In this document: in pieces, positions 35,271 to 50,200 of the stretch | Position numbering within the stretch: position 1 is the first letter of the stretch | Layout: every line of letters starts with the position of its first letter | DNA from: a virus | Lineage: Duplodnaviria > Heunggongvirae > Uroviricota > Caudoviricetes | DNA length: 64,000 bases | Virus record (IMG/VR): IMGVR_UViG_3300047550_004303 | Reading direction: 5' to 3' (one strand) | Translations under genes and position numbers: made by a program | Notes under the pieces: generated by a model | Told to the model about the DNA's origin: nothing | The model's input: the letters and a program-made list of their open reading frames with translations, nothing else | Databases searched by the model: none

Positions 35271-38200
35271 CATTCATTTGAATCGATCCTTAAGAAAATA
35301 GCACTATCTGTTGTACTAATTTGCAACGGATCACCTTCTGTGCTGTTATAAAAATAAGAGTTCCATTCTAAATCGTAATAATTTTCTGGCATTTTATTAG
35401 TATTTAACAAGCCATAAACTTTGGTATATTTAGGTATCAAATTTTGAGTACCGGTTGTGTTTATTCCTCTTGATAGACCTGTTATAGTATTTGCCGCAAC
35501 ATTAATAGTGGTAAATCCTATTTGTTCCCCATTAATAAAGATAGTATCACCTTCTGTAATTGTTATTGTCAATGTTTGTCCATCATTTATTACCAGTGGG
35601 TCAGCTTCAATTATTAACGTTGGAACTAAATCAATAACTTCAATAGTGTAATAAGAAGAACTTATATATGAACTTGTATTTTCGTTATAAACAGTTACAC
35701 TATTTATTATGTTTTTATCAGCAGTTAATCCAATAAAATATTCCCCTGAAACTGCGGAAATATTAGTTTCAACTTGAGTTGTTATAGTTACTAACTTTAA
35801 AACGTCGTTTACATATATAGTTTCATCAGTAAATTTAAAATCTTCAGTTAACCAAGTTACAGTTGAAGGGTTTTGTCTATAAACTAAAGGTTGATTTAAA
35901 GCATTTACATTGATGAAGAATTTTTCTTGATTTGGGGTTGCTGATGGCATCATACTTGTGATGATTACAGTATCGGTGTTAGTTATTGAAGTTAAAATAC
36001 TTAACTCATTTACATTGTTTATTTTTAATAAATTAGTAGAAACTTTATAACCATTCAATGTTACCCATAATCTATCAGTATTAGTTTGCTCCCATTGCGT
36101 GACATTCATGGTTCCGGTTGCATTACTAAGACTTAGTTCGTCTCCGCCTCTTGTTGTTGAAATTGTAAATTGAGTTCCGCTTACTATTTCTCTTACATAA
36201 TATTCCTGTCCATCAGAGATGTTTCCAAATGTTGTTACTGGATTACTAGAAATTATCATTTGAGTAAAATACACCGGAGTATCTACCACTAGTTTACTAG
36301 TATCATTAACAGTTATTATGTTTGTACTTGCAGTAGTAGCTGTTGCGTTTGCCGCTGATGGTAACAAGAAATTATCTCTTAACCATCCAAAGCCACCACT
36401 TATATAAGTTGACACTGAAAGTACTGGATCATTTATTGCATTGATTCCTGAATTGTATGCAGTATTGTACAAATCAAAGATAGAAGATGTTATCTTCTTT
36501 ACATAATACAAGTTATTGTTAAGTTGAACTGATCCAACGACTCCGTCAATTCTAATTCTATCATTTTCCGCAAATGTAGTAGCAGTCGCAAACGTAACTC
36601 TTACCGCAGGTTGTCCTCCCACAACAGCAACAACAGCACTAGGTGTCGCTGTTCCTGGATCAAAAGTACTTCCACCTAAAGATGTAGAAATAGTTATGTC
36701 ATTACCTACAACTGTTAATATGAAATAAACAGTTCCATCAGTCAATACGTTTCCAAATGCTGTTCCCAAAAATTGTATTGTTTGATTTACAGCCATTCCA
36801 GCTGTACTACCAAATGAAATTTTATTTGTTACTGCTGATGACGCGGTTGGACTTTGTTGAGCAGTATATGGCGTAATTGAATTGTTAATAGTTTGAATTT
36901 GGTAAACATAATTACCTGTAATGTTGTACTCTGTATTCAAATATTGACGTTCTGTGTTGTTGTACGAAGTTACTCCAACAATATCCCCATTGTTTAGTGT
37001 CGCTGATACAGTTAATTGATTAGTAATACTATTAATGGTATAGTCTGTGTCTGGTAATCTTAAACCGTTTAATTCAACAATTGCATTGTCTGGATTATCT
37101 TGTCCAACAAAATTAGTTAAACTAAAGGTAGAAACTATACCATCAGCAGTAAATTCTTGATATTCAGGAACTGTATATCCATATTCACTTGCATCACCCG
37201 AGCTACCAAAAATTGTATAACTTATAAAGTCTGTATCTACATCATAAGAATTTGTAAAAACTAGTTTTGCTAAATTGTTTAGGTCTCCTGGAACTATTTG
37301 TTCAATGGTATAATCAACTCCATAAACCAATTGTGATCCGTTATGATAAACTATCGGATCAGTGTAAACTGTTTGTAGTGTAAAATCAATTATACTGTAA
37401 TATAAGTAATCCAAATAAATTTCACTATCACCAGAATCTTCATTAGTAATGATAGGGTTAATGTCAGTGCAGGATTTTACAACCTGATTTCCGTTTCCGA
37501 CTTCATACACATTAACAATTAATCTATCTGCTATTGGTAAATAAGTCAATGGAGAATTTAGAATAATTTTTTTGTTTACCCAATCAACAGTGTAGTTTGA
37601 ATCGAAATACCTTTCTGCTAAATTAGTTGATCCATTTACTAAATAAACACTAATTTGTGCAGGAACCTGCACAACATTATTAAAAGAATATTCAACTTGA
37701 GTTCCTGATTCCGGTGAAAGTTCGACAGATACAACATTGTACCCAACATGTTGATATTCTGTTGCTGACCATACTGTTCCAGGAGTTGTATTTACTTGCA
37801 ACATTAAACTATCAGTAATATTGCCAGGAACTAATTCTTCTGGTCCATAACCATACGCAAAAGTCGCGCCCTGAAAATCATATACGGTAGGAGTGGTACT
37901 AGTGAACGTTCTGTCACTTATTTCACTATCTAATGCAAACTGTTGTGAGGGTTCAAACGCATTATTCAATAAAGTTAAGTATGGGAAAGCTATTCCATTT
38001 ACCAACTGTGTTAAATTCAAACCAGGCATATTTGCAGTTGGTGAGTAATAACCCATTATTCTGTCTAATGCATTTAATCTTACATCATCAGATTGTATAA
38101 GTTGCCATTTTGAAGAAATAAATTCATCATCATTGTTACCTACAATACAAACATAAAGTCTGTTATTAAATTTGACTATACTTTGTTTGAATTCATAAGG

Positions 38201-41200
38201 TGAAGTTATAACAAATACTGATCCTATCTTAGCCATTGATAATGATTGATTTGACGGAGAACCTACGGCAAATGTTGTCCCGCCCGGTACTGTACTTATT
38301 GTTATAGTATTAGTTGCTTTGGTTAAAATGTAATATGTTTCACCAATAGTAATGTTACCGCCAGTTATATCACCGGTAAATACTACCATGTCATTTACTG
38401 AAAAATTAGTTCCTGATGTAAGTGTTATGTTTGGACTTGAAATTGAAGCGACTGTTGTAGAAACTATTCCAGAATACGGTAAGGTCAATCCACTCACCGG
38501 AATCGTAAACATGTTATCTTCATATAACATAAATTCAGTTTGATTTATAGCTTTTAAATAGTAGCTATTTGTTGTATCGTTAGGATTTCCTTGGCATATT
38601 ACCTTTAATATTTCTCCGTCAGTATCTATATCAATAACGGTAAGTGTTAAGTCATTAGTAGGAGTAGTTCCACCAATCAAATTGCCTGTAATAACCAATG
38701 TGTTATTATTTGCATATCCTTCACCTGGATTAGTAATTACAACTCTATAACCACCTGCAATATAGCTAACACTGAATTCTGGTGCTGTTGTAGGTGTTTG
38801 AATTAATTCACTAACTGTTACACTATCATTTCCAGTAGTTGCAGGTGTTCCGCTTTTAGTTGTTGAAACCTGAACGTAGGAAGTTCCAGTTCCTACCATA
38901 GTTCCTGTGCCATTAGCGACAACCAAAGTTGATCCCCCTTCAGTGGTTGATATAGTAAATTGTGTCCCATTAACAATTGTTTTTACAAAATAAATCTCAT
39001 TTAAATCTACTCCACCAATTCCAGAAAATCCTGAAAATTTTATTGGCATATTTACATACATTAAATCAGTGGTATCGCATACTAATATATTAGTAACTGC
39101 TATTGTTTGAGTAACTGTGATTTCAATGGTGTCTATTGTAACAACATAATATTGTGTTGCAGCGGTCAAACTTCCTATGTTAACTGAAAATTCAACTGGC
39201 ATATTTACATAAAAATTATCAGTAGCATCGTCAAAATATTGATTGGTAGGATTCAAAACAACGATGCCACCAGTAAGTGTGGTGACATTTTTTACTAATC
39301 TAATACTTGCTTCAATTAAAGTTTCACTCGTTGGATTTATTCCAACATATTGACTAGAAGTTGTATAGAATGTAACTCTTTGACCGTTCAGTTGTCCGGA
39401 ACTCACTGGGGAATCCATGTTCAATAACATACTACCTGAAGCAGAGGTAAGCTCAACAGTGTTAATTTGGCTGGTCATTTTTCCAGTTGTGTTTGTTGCA
39501 CTTGCAACAGTAGTTAAATTTACAACTGATCCATTAACTGAAGTTGCAAGTTTAATCTGAGTTGTGTTTACTATCTCTATTACATAGTATGTTGTTCCTG
39601 CAACGATTCCACCAAAATTAGTTACTAATGAACCTGCAATTTGCAATTCTGTAAATATAATAGGTTCATTAATTTCTAATGTGTCAGTAGTTTCTTCAAG
39701 TGTCACTGTGTCACTTGCACCATCAGTTGAAACTAAGGTAAATATATTTGGGTCCTTTGTTTCTGACATTGTAAAGTTTTCACCATCAATTACAGTAGTA
39801 ACATAATAGGTTTGATTTGATTTGATTCCACCAAACTCAGTTCCAGTAAAGAATATTGGTAAGTTTGTGTAGAAACCATTTGTACCAGCAGTACCAACTA
39901 AAGTATAAGGAACTGTTATGGTATTAGTTAAAGCAGTAGTTGCATTAATATTTCTGATATTTGGAAAATTAACTGAGACAACCGCAGTATTTATGATCTG
40001 CCCGGTACTTACATACAAAGGCGAAGAAGCAGTTGCAGTAGTAAGTGCTAATGGACTACCTAAAGGATCACCGCCTGCAATTGTAGAAACAGTAAATTCA
40101 TCTAATCCTAAAATACTATGTACATAGTAGGTAGTAGTTGAACTTAACCCACCTATCATTGCACCGCTGAATTGTATAGGCATTCCAATGAAAAAGCCAA
40201 CTGTTGAACCAGAACCATTCTCAAAAGTAGAACTTACATCTAATATAATACTGTCGGTAGATGATGAGGTACTCAATGCACTACGTAAAAATGAACTATA
40301 CGTAATTTGTTCATTATTTTCAACACTATTAATAGAAAAAACTGAACCATTGAAACTTGCAAGTATATTAGAAATCGGAGGATCAACACTTTCTAATTGA
40401 ATCGTTGAACTTGATAGGAATGTTTCCGCAAAGGGTGCGCTGTAGAAACCACCCGGTTCCCAATTAGTAACTTGACTTGTATAACTTGTTCTGTCAAACT
40501 TGATAGTAGTTTTGTTTTCTCTTGTTGGTCTAGAGGTAACAACTGAAATAGCCTTCGCACCCATACATAACTGATATTCACCTGTACCTAAATTCAACAA
40601 ATCTATTCTGTTGAAATTGTTATAGCAATCATGTATGTTGTTGTATAAACCTATTTTCAGATTTGGGGTAATTTGTAAAACATTAACGTAATACCATTGA
40701 CCATCTATCAAATTGCCAATATTTGTTCCAGAAACAACTTTATATTGTACCAAATCACCTGTCTGTAATGTATTAATTTCCAGATCAATTGAGCTTGTGA
40801 AGGCAATATCATCATTAGCAAATGACACATTTGTAGTTGAAAACCCTAAAGTAACTGAAGGTTCAATTATTATTTCTGGAATAGTCATATATCCTTTTCC
40901 AGGATCTATTACTTCTACACCTATTACCCTACCATTATTCATTATTGCTTGCAATAACGCTGGTTTTATTGGGGGAGGAAATACAGTAGTGTCTATCAAT
41001 GCATAAACATCAGGAACTTCAACATAATTTCTACCTGATTCCATTACTAATACTTCAGGTAAGTTAATATAAATTTGATCCCCTGGAATGTGAGTTTCAA
41101 TAGCTGTACCATCTACTCCTCTCACTAGTTCAGTTAGTAGTCCCAATTCTCTGTCAATATTATTGTACTGAATAATTTCGTTACCAATAACTACAGTTCC

Positions 41201-44200
41201 CGTTACAGGAAAACTGTTAATGTTTTTAACCGACATTGAAGTTGTATTCAGTGCAAGATATGAACTAAGATATGTTATTGGAACATTTTCATATCTAGAC
41301 AGACTTAATCCTCTGTTACTAAACCATTGATTATAGTTTTGATCATTCCAAATATCACTGGTAGTAGAATATGTATAAACATTATCAGGATTTGAGTAAA
41401 CTAATTGTGGTGAAACAAAGTTATCAACAGAGGTATTATATTGTGCAGGTAAATCAAAATCAGTTATGTTACCTTCATATACATCTGTACCTGTGTATCT
41501 AAATGTGAATTCTTTAATAACTACGTGATAAGGTTTAGCTTCTCTGATATATCCTTCCAAAAATTGATCATTGTCATTTTGTAAATTTTGTATAGGTCTA
41601 AGTTCTCTGATTGTATGGAAAACATCAACAAGAGAAGTTTTATTTAACCAAGGCAAGTAATTTTGATTTTCTAATGTTTCACTTTGAATATACTCAAAAA
41701 GTAAAATCAAACTCTTGTTTCTAAAGATAGAAAATTCATCAGTGAAAATTTGTTCGTTGATCGCACGAATGATATTTCTTGTTTCTTGTGATGGGAAAGA
41801 ATCAAATGGTGTTGCATCAAAGAAATTATCACCGAATCCAATCTTTCCTGCACTGTAATCATACAGTAAAGAACTAAATTGTATAGTTCCATTCTGCAAT
41901 CCAATTCTTATCCAACCTACTTCTGTGTAGATATATGTCTCTACACCTACTGTATTGTTTTGTGTGACATTTACGATTGTGCCAAAAGGAACAGTTAATG
42001 TTGACAAATCAGCATAGTAAGTTACCTGATATGCAGCTTTAGTATTATTACTGTATCCAGTTGCCCACCAATTTGCATATTCCCAGTAATCTTGTGTACG
42101 ATAGAATGGTAAAGGACCACCTTGCCATTCTGGATTATCTACTGTTGAAGGATTGATCGCACCCTCAGTGAACAATAAACTAAACTGCTTAAGTTCAGTT
42201 ATTGGGAACTGTAATAAAACTGTGTTGGTATACTGAATATAATTTTTTAATGCCAATAACCTATTGTAGAAAAAGCTTTGTCTGGGTCTTACAAGTATAC
42301 CAGTTTGAACTAGTTTAGGTAAATTAATATCAGGTACATTTTCTCCTTCTTCATCCAAACCTGCAAAACTATCTAACAATCTGTCATACAATGAGATAGG
42401 AACACCATCTACTGTGTCTGGTACGCCTGGTAAAAAGTCATCAGCATAATTTGATCTTATCAAATCATATTGATTGTGAGTCAAATCATCACTATTTCCA
42501 GTTGCAAATCCTATATTCAATAAAGTATCAGATGCATTGATATATGGTCCTGAATTGTAAAGTGCAAACACATCAGGTAACAATGGAGCAAAATAGCTTA
42601 TACCAGAAAACTTAGGGGAAGCTATATAACGTTCAATAATACTATCTGCTAATGTTTTACCTTGATTTATGAAGATAATGTTAGAATTTCTTACCCAATA
42701 GAAATATACTGGGGTAAGTGTTCCTTGATCATTTATTATGAACTGAGTTGAATAACTATCAAAATCATAAACTGTTCCAGGACCTGTGTAGTTTATAGGC
42801 AACACATCACTTGATATCCATGAATAAACTGCTACATCACTACCTGGGAATAAAGTGGCCCAATATTCACTATTGTATGCAATATCATTGTTTTGATGAT
42901 AGTTTACGAATCTTACATTTGAAGTGTTGAACCATATTTGTCCGACTTGAGTTGCACCCCAAACTAACTTACCATTAACATTAGATCCAGAGTTGTATCC
43001 AGCTGGATCAGCGTTACTAATAAAGTCGATATTTTGTCTAGCCGCACCAAGAATTTTTCCTTGTAATGGATCAATATAATCCATATTAACTAATGTGTTA
43101 TTGGTTTCAGCACTAAACAATTGGATGTTTGCAATCTTTTCAATATCAACAACTTTGCTTGACTGTCTGTAAACTTGCCAATCTGATAAACGTGTGCTAT
43201 TAGTATAGACGGTTACGATACCATCATCTTGATCTGGTGTTCCGATCAATACGTTAAAGTTGTTGAAGTCAAGTGCAGTTCCATATTTAGGCTGACTTCC
43301 ATATGTTTGATCATTTGAATTAACACTTTGTGCATAAATGTATTTTCCAGGATCATTTATGTTTTCATTGTAATTACTTACATAATCAAACATGTAGACT
43401 GCACCTGCATTTGGATATTGATCTATAAATTGTGTTGCATTGTTATCAAAAATAGTGTCATTATCCTGATTTTCATCGTCAGTAAAATCAAAAGTAGTGC
43501 TTGAGAATCTTGTTCCAACTATTGCACTTGCAACAAATGAATTGAACTCATTAGTCTTTACAGTAAATCCAAATTGAGTTCTGTTGCTAGTATGTGGGCA
43601 AGTAATAGTTTGTGTTTTTATATATGTAACGAATCCCAATTCAGTTAAAGTATCAGGATCGGTTGATGTTAAAATAAGTTTTTGATTTACTGGTGCAATT
43701 GAATTGTTTACCAATGAAATAGTTAATATGCCGTTTGATGCAGAAGCGGTAACATTTGTGATTTTGCTTCCAACAATAACGTTTGCAGCGGCAGCAGCAT
43801 TTCCAGCTGGCAAATTAACCAAATAACCATTTATTAACAATGGTCTTGTAGTTGTTAAATTGACCGAAGTTTGACCTGTTACTGTTCCATATTTAGAACC
43901 TGCATTAGTAAATCTGTGAACAGCACCTTCTTGATCTTGTGTGATTAATTGATATGGTGCTCCTATAATGATTTCACTTGCATATAGATTTGTATCCATG
44001 CTAGTAGCGAATTGCACACCTATTTGCGGAGTTGATTCATTACTCAATCTTTGCATGTAGTTGAATTCTTTTGCATTGACTGTAATAATATCACCTGCAT
44101 TTAAAGAACCAACATATGCTAATTGACTTCCCACTACCGCATATTGATTATCTTCTACTAATGTTCCATTTAAAGCAACAAACAATGTGTCATTTTGTGC

Positions 44201-47200
44201 TGATGCATTACCTGACATTGAACCCTTAGTTTGTAACGCTACTACAGTTCCACCAAATCTTGCAGTTTTAATAGTTATGTCACTACCGCTTATGCTTGCA
44301 ATGTAGTAAACAGTATTGGTTGAAATGTTAGTATTAACAAAGTCAGTACCTGATACACCATTAGTAAAGATGATAGGATCATTTACAGTTAGGTTAGTGG
44401 TGTTATTTAGAGTTATTAAGTTTGTTCCCGATGTAGTAGCGGTAACTGTCTTAGACAAGGTGTCTGGAGTCCAAGCAAGATTAAACATTTGTCTATTATT
44501 GGTACTTGCAGATTGAACTTCAATATTTTGATAGTATCTGTTAAACACATATGCATAACCATAATCTTCAACCGAAACATTATAATTTTGGTTTGGTGCA
44601 CCAACAACTAATACATCGCCTTGGTAGTTTGTTGCTAATGTAGCACTAAAATTATCACCTGATGTGGTTAAACCTAATGCATCACCATCAATTGTATTTG
44701 TGTTTATATAAGTTGTTTTATTTGCAGTACCTGTTCCTGTTCCAACACCAGTCGTAACAAATGTTACTCCAACTGTATTAGATGGTGCGCCCAATAGTGT
44801 AAAGTCTGTTGTTCCTAGACTTGTAATTGTGTATGTCTGTCCGACAACAAAACTTCCAGCAGGAGTTGGAATAAATGACTTTTGGTAAACATAAACAGTG
44901 TTATTGTTAATGTCAGAAACATAAATCCAATTTTTATCTCCCGAAATTGCTAACGCACTTCCCCAATCAGTTATTCCCCCAGGAGCAGAAATTACTTGTA
45001 TTTCATTTAATGTGTTACTTATTGTGTTTTCAACTAGTTGATAAACATAAACTTTAGGTGTGCCACTTGGTTCAGAAACTACAAATATGTCATCACTATA
45101 AACAATAGTTGATCCAAACGAAGAACCTTCAGTAATTACCGGTACTTGTAATATATACTGATTGCTTATAGGATTAAAGACATAGCGATAAAGTTTACCT
45201 GCATCTTTATCTCCTATAATATATCCTGCATTATCAGTATAAGCAACTGCACTTCCAAAACTACTTGAACCCTGATATTCAATTGTTTCATTTAATGCAT
45301 AATTAATGCTTTTTCTATATACTGCCCAAGAGCCATCAGTACTGGTGTCTACCCAAACAGTATTTTTTCTGAATTCACTATTGATTAGAGGTAAATCGTT
45401 TATCTCACTTGGCTTATTAACTCTTTGTGATTGTAACTTTAATCCTATACCCCTAGCCTGTATTTGTGTTATAGATGGATCTAAAGTTAAAGAAACCAAT
45501 ACTCTATATGAATCAACTACTGCACTAACAATATAGTATCCATCAACTGCTGCATTGAAATTTACAACAGCAAAAGGTTGATATTGAGTTAGATTGTGTG
45601 GGTTTAAAAATGTAATCGTAACAGTGTTGTTTAAGTTATTGTTTACTGTTATCACCTGTCCTAATGAATCAGGGGTAAATACCTGCCATGATTCTAAGAA
45701 ATTTGCTAACCATACATAGTCACGAACATAAAAGTTTTCAATAGGAACGATGTTTCCCTTTGTATTTGTTGCTACAGGAAGACCTGAATAAAAATACGAT
45801 GACATTTTTACATCGTTATAGTTTACATAACCTGCATCAGAATATACCTTGTTTGGCTCTGATGGACTAATAGTTGCTAATATTTCAGGATTAGTAATTG
45901 GTCTACTATAATTACTGATGTTATTCAATGTAATGGCTTGTTGGACCCCATCTGAAACTACACCAGTAGTTAATTGAACTATAGCTGGGTTTCCAGTTAG
46001 TTTGTATTGATTTAATCTTAAGTTAACAAAATTATTGTTTAATACTCCACCAAACTCACCTGTTTTGATTGCCCAATTTTCATAAACTTCATACTGTATT
46101 CCGCCCTGTGGCAATGTTGCTCCCTTAAATGCACTTATCGCATTAGTAGAACCTTTATTCTTAATCAAGTTTTTATAAACGTTTACTTGCGTGATATCAG
46201 ATAAGTCAGCAGCATTTAAATAGTTTCTAGGTCTATAACCAATCAACGAGAAACCTAGTAAATCTGCATCATTTTCCAAATTAGCAGTATTGGTATCATA
46301 GTATAATGTGCTTTCATATGAACGTGTGCTGCTATTAGGTAACAAGCCTTTTTGAATTTTATCATAGTCAGTGACTATCCAATAATTTTCCAAGAAGGTT
46401 GTACTTGCAGGAACTATGTTAATAGCAACATAATACTTGTTTTTATAAGTTACTATTTCACCTTTGGTGTATTTTCTATTTGTTTGCCATTCTTGTATAT
46501 TGTCTTGATTGTAAATGAAACCATCAGCATCTAATAATCCATTCCATTCTGCTGTTTTCTTACCTGTCAGATATATACGATTTTGTCTCAATCCAGTAAT
46601 AGGATCATAAATCAAATCATCAAATATGGTAACGTTATTGAAAACTATACCATGCTCAATATTACTTAGATTGAATTGCCCATAACTTATTGCATCACCT
46701 TCGTTTAATGCGGTAACACTAAATTTTGTTTGTTCACGTAATACATTCAAATCAACTGATTTGATTGGATACAAGTTCTGATTCAGTACAAAGTTTACTT
46801 GTTGTAAGGTAAGTGGTTGAACAACGGTGCTTTCTTTGTCGATCAATACTGTTCTAGCAGCTGGATTTAATGTGACAATGCTTCCATCTTGCCAACCTGT
46901 TTGTGCCCAATATAAGAATTCAGCAACCATCTGTTGCCATGTTACATGTATACCATTTTCTATTTGGTCAAACAACATCCCTTGTTTTTGCAAGTAATAG
47001 CCATAGTTCATCAAAAACTGTGAAACTTCTTGCACAGTATTGAATACTGTTCTATATGGAACAATATTTTCCTTTTGTTCAAAGAAAGTATTAGCAACTT
47101 TTACAGTTAATGCATCTATAGTAACAGTAACATAGCTATCAAATTTAGGCTGTAATGTTTTGAAATAGGTTGTTAGTTGGCTATTTCCATATACCGCATA

Positions 47201-50200
47201 TCCAGTACTAACTTTTTGAACCAATACTCCTGAATATAAGATTCTACCAAATGGTTGGTTCTCATATAGTAAAACACTAAAACTTTCATCTGGTATTAAT
47301 AAAGAAGCGTTATTGTCATTAGGTGAACCCTTTTCTACAAAGAATTTTAGTAATGCTTTGTCACTGAAACCAGCTAGTCTATATGCTAATCTTACGTCTA
47401 AGTTTTTAAACAGAGTTGTTAGGTTTTCAGTTGCATTTATACCATATTGTTTTTCATAGTCAACTATCCAGTTTAAATAACTTGTTTTAGCCGTGCCAGA
47501 CCCATATATTTGAACTTCATTTAAGATCAAATGTTTACGATTGTTAACCAAATACTGGTTAAATTCTTCATTGTACTGGTAGTTATCTAAGTCTATTGCA
47601 AGGTTGTAAAACTGTGCTGGCTTCATTAGAGCCAACATTTTGATAAGATCAAACGGGTATGTGCTGCTTCTACGATAGCTCAATTCAACCGGACTTACAT
47701 CTCCGATCTTCCAATCACGTTGGAACAATTTGCTATCATAAACACCCACAATATTGTATAATGGAGCAACAACATTACCAGCACCATCAACAGGAATTAT
47801 TTGTAGTAATCCAGGACGTACAAATTCTGGTAATACAACAGGATTTCCATTATTGTAATTTATACCATTACTTAAATCTTCCCATAAAACTAAGTTATCA
47901 GATGTATATGGAGCACTACCATATCTAGATTGCCACCAATCTGGTTCATTTGTAAATCCTAACATTTCCCAAGGAGTAGTATCAGGAGTGCTTGTGTCAA
48001 AGAAGTATTCAAATAAACCTCTCCAATAACCTTGAATTAATGGAGCTCCTGTCAGTTTATTTCCTGATTGATAGTAGTTGTATGTAAACTTATTGTTTAC
48101 ATTGTAGTATTGAGTTCTGTAGTCTAAACGATTTTGTCCTATCCAGTTCAAGAAATTAACACTGTACATTGACATGAATTCTTCATAGGAATATTCAGTT
48201 GTTCTGAAGTTTCCTGGGATAAAGTCATATAGGTTAATAGGCAATGCACTGCTTAGTTTCAAGTTGTTGTAAATTCTCTTTTCAAATTCTAGTAAAACCT
48301 GATCTCTAAAGTCTTCTAATATTTCTGTTTCTGCATTGTATGCACCATATAACTTATTGTATGACCCATCATGACCTTGAATAAAATAAGTTGGATTTTG
48401 AAAATTTGGATCTAATACAACACTAGGAATAGTGGATGGATATAATCCTAATTTGGTTGGAGTGTTAGGTACAAAACTTCCATATGTTTGATTGTACTCA
48501 TTTATAGTAATAACATCATTAGGTTGTAATGTTATTGTTACAGACAATGAATTAGCGGTCTCACTTACAGTGTAATCTTGATTAATTATAAGTTGAGTAA
48601 TTTTTCTAATTCCAGAAACACTACGTGTCAAGTAAACCAATATACCATTGTAATTTGCAGTTTGAAAATTGTAAATTTGTGAGAGTGGGAAAACTCCAGT
48701 ACTTAAAGTGCTTGAAAATGTATATGAGTTACTTACGTATGGTGATTTTGAAGGGAGCATGTCGCTCCAGAAGAAAGGTAAACTTTTATCCTTCGCACTA
48801 GTAATTTGATCCAAAGCGTTATCGAGCATAAATGCTGGATCATAACGTTGTTCAAAATCACTTTTTTCAACTAAATCTACCAATAAGTTTTTAAACTTAA
48901 CATATTCATTACTTGAGTAAGAAATAGAATTAATCAAATTATGTGCAGGGCTTCTTAATTGAGCACCTAACGCAGCCAAACTTGCACTATTTTGAATAAT
49001 TTTTGTACCATAAGGTACCATGTTTCCTAAATCACGATAGTTATTAGATCCAAAAACGTCACCAGTTGTGTTTACATTGTTGTAAAAAATACTTTGGTAT
49101 TGTCCTCTAATATCACCCAAATTAACAAATTGAATATCTTTGTTGAATGGGTTGTTGCTAAGGTTTATTGGGATAGAGTAGTAAGCTACTTTACTAATTT
49201 GCTCACTTACTACAAGAATTTGAATGATGTTATCAGTTACAATACTAACATCAGTTAGTGTTACAATAGTTGTATCTGTTCCGACAGTAACCTGATACTG
49301 ATCAACTGATAAAATTTGATTATTGACCAATACCTGAATTGTTGGCCAATTAGTAAACGAATCTGCAACTTTTGCAACATCAAGTTCAAACGTAGTTGTA
49401 GGATTGTTTACATAATAGTTAAATTGAAAAACTTGATATTGAATGCTTGGGCTTACAGCAGTTTGCCAACCTAACTCTCTAGTAAAATCAGTAAGACTGT
49501 TATACTTATAAACGTAACCAGTATTTACTTGTTGAGTTATAGGTGTAGTGCCATTGGTATAATTGAAGGAATCTATGTTGATAGAAACATCAAATTTTAT
49601 ATCGCCGACATTTTCAATAGAACTATAATCCAATGCAAAGCCTAGAACACTATCAATTGGACCTGATCCAACACTATATCTGAACAATTTATTTCCAGCA
49701 AAATCGCTACTTGGATAAATTGTTTTATCTCCAAAACTATTTCCATCTATATCCAATATATCGAACAATGGATATTGATTTACAGTAGTTTTAGTTTGTC
49801 CAACATCCCAAATTAAACCATTATAGTAAAATTGCTTGTTAATATTCAATGCACCACGAATCGCTACAGTTTGTTGTTCAGGTAAAACAGTACCATTTTG
49901 ATCTAATGTAAGTGCAATAACAGGAACAACTTCAGAAGGTGGAGTGTAAAAATTTACTACATAAATTTTATCTTTTTGATTTTCATCATTTGTGAAAACA
50001 ATTTTTGCACCATCAAATAACGCAAAATTGTCTAAGTTTGTAAAAGTTGAAACTAGAGATATGTTTGATTCAGCATCAAAATATACTCCGGTCGTTTGAT
50101 TCCAACTTACTGTAATATACAATGTGCTACCAACAGTGCTTAATGCACTAATAGTTGTGTTGGTTGGTAAGACTTTTAAGTTATCAGTAATATATTGATC

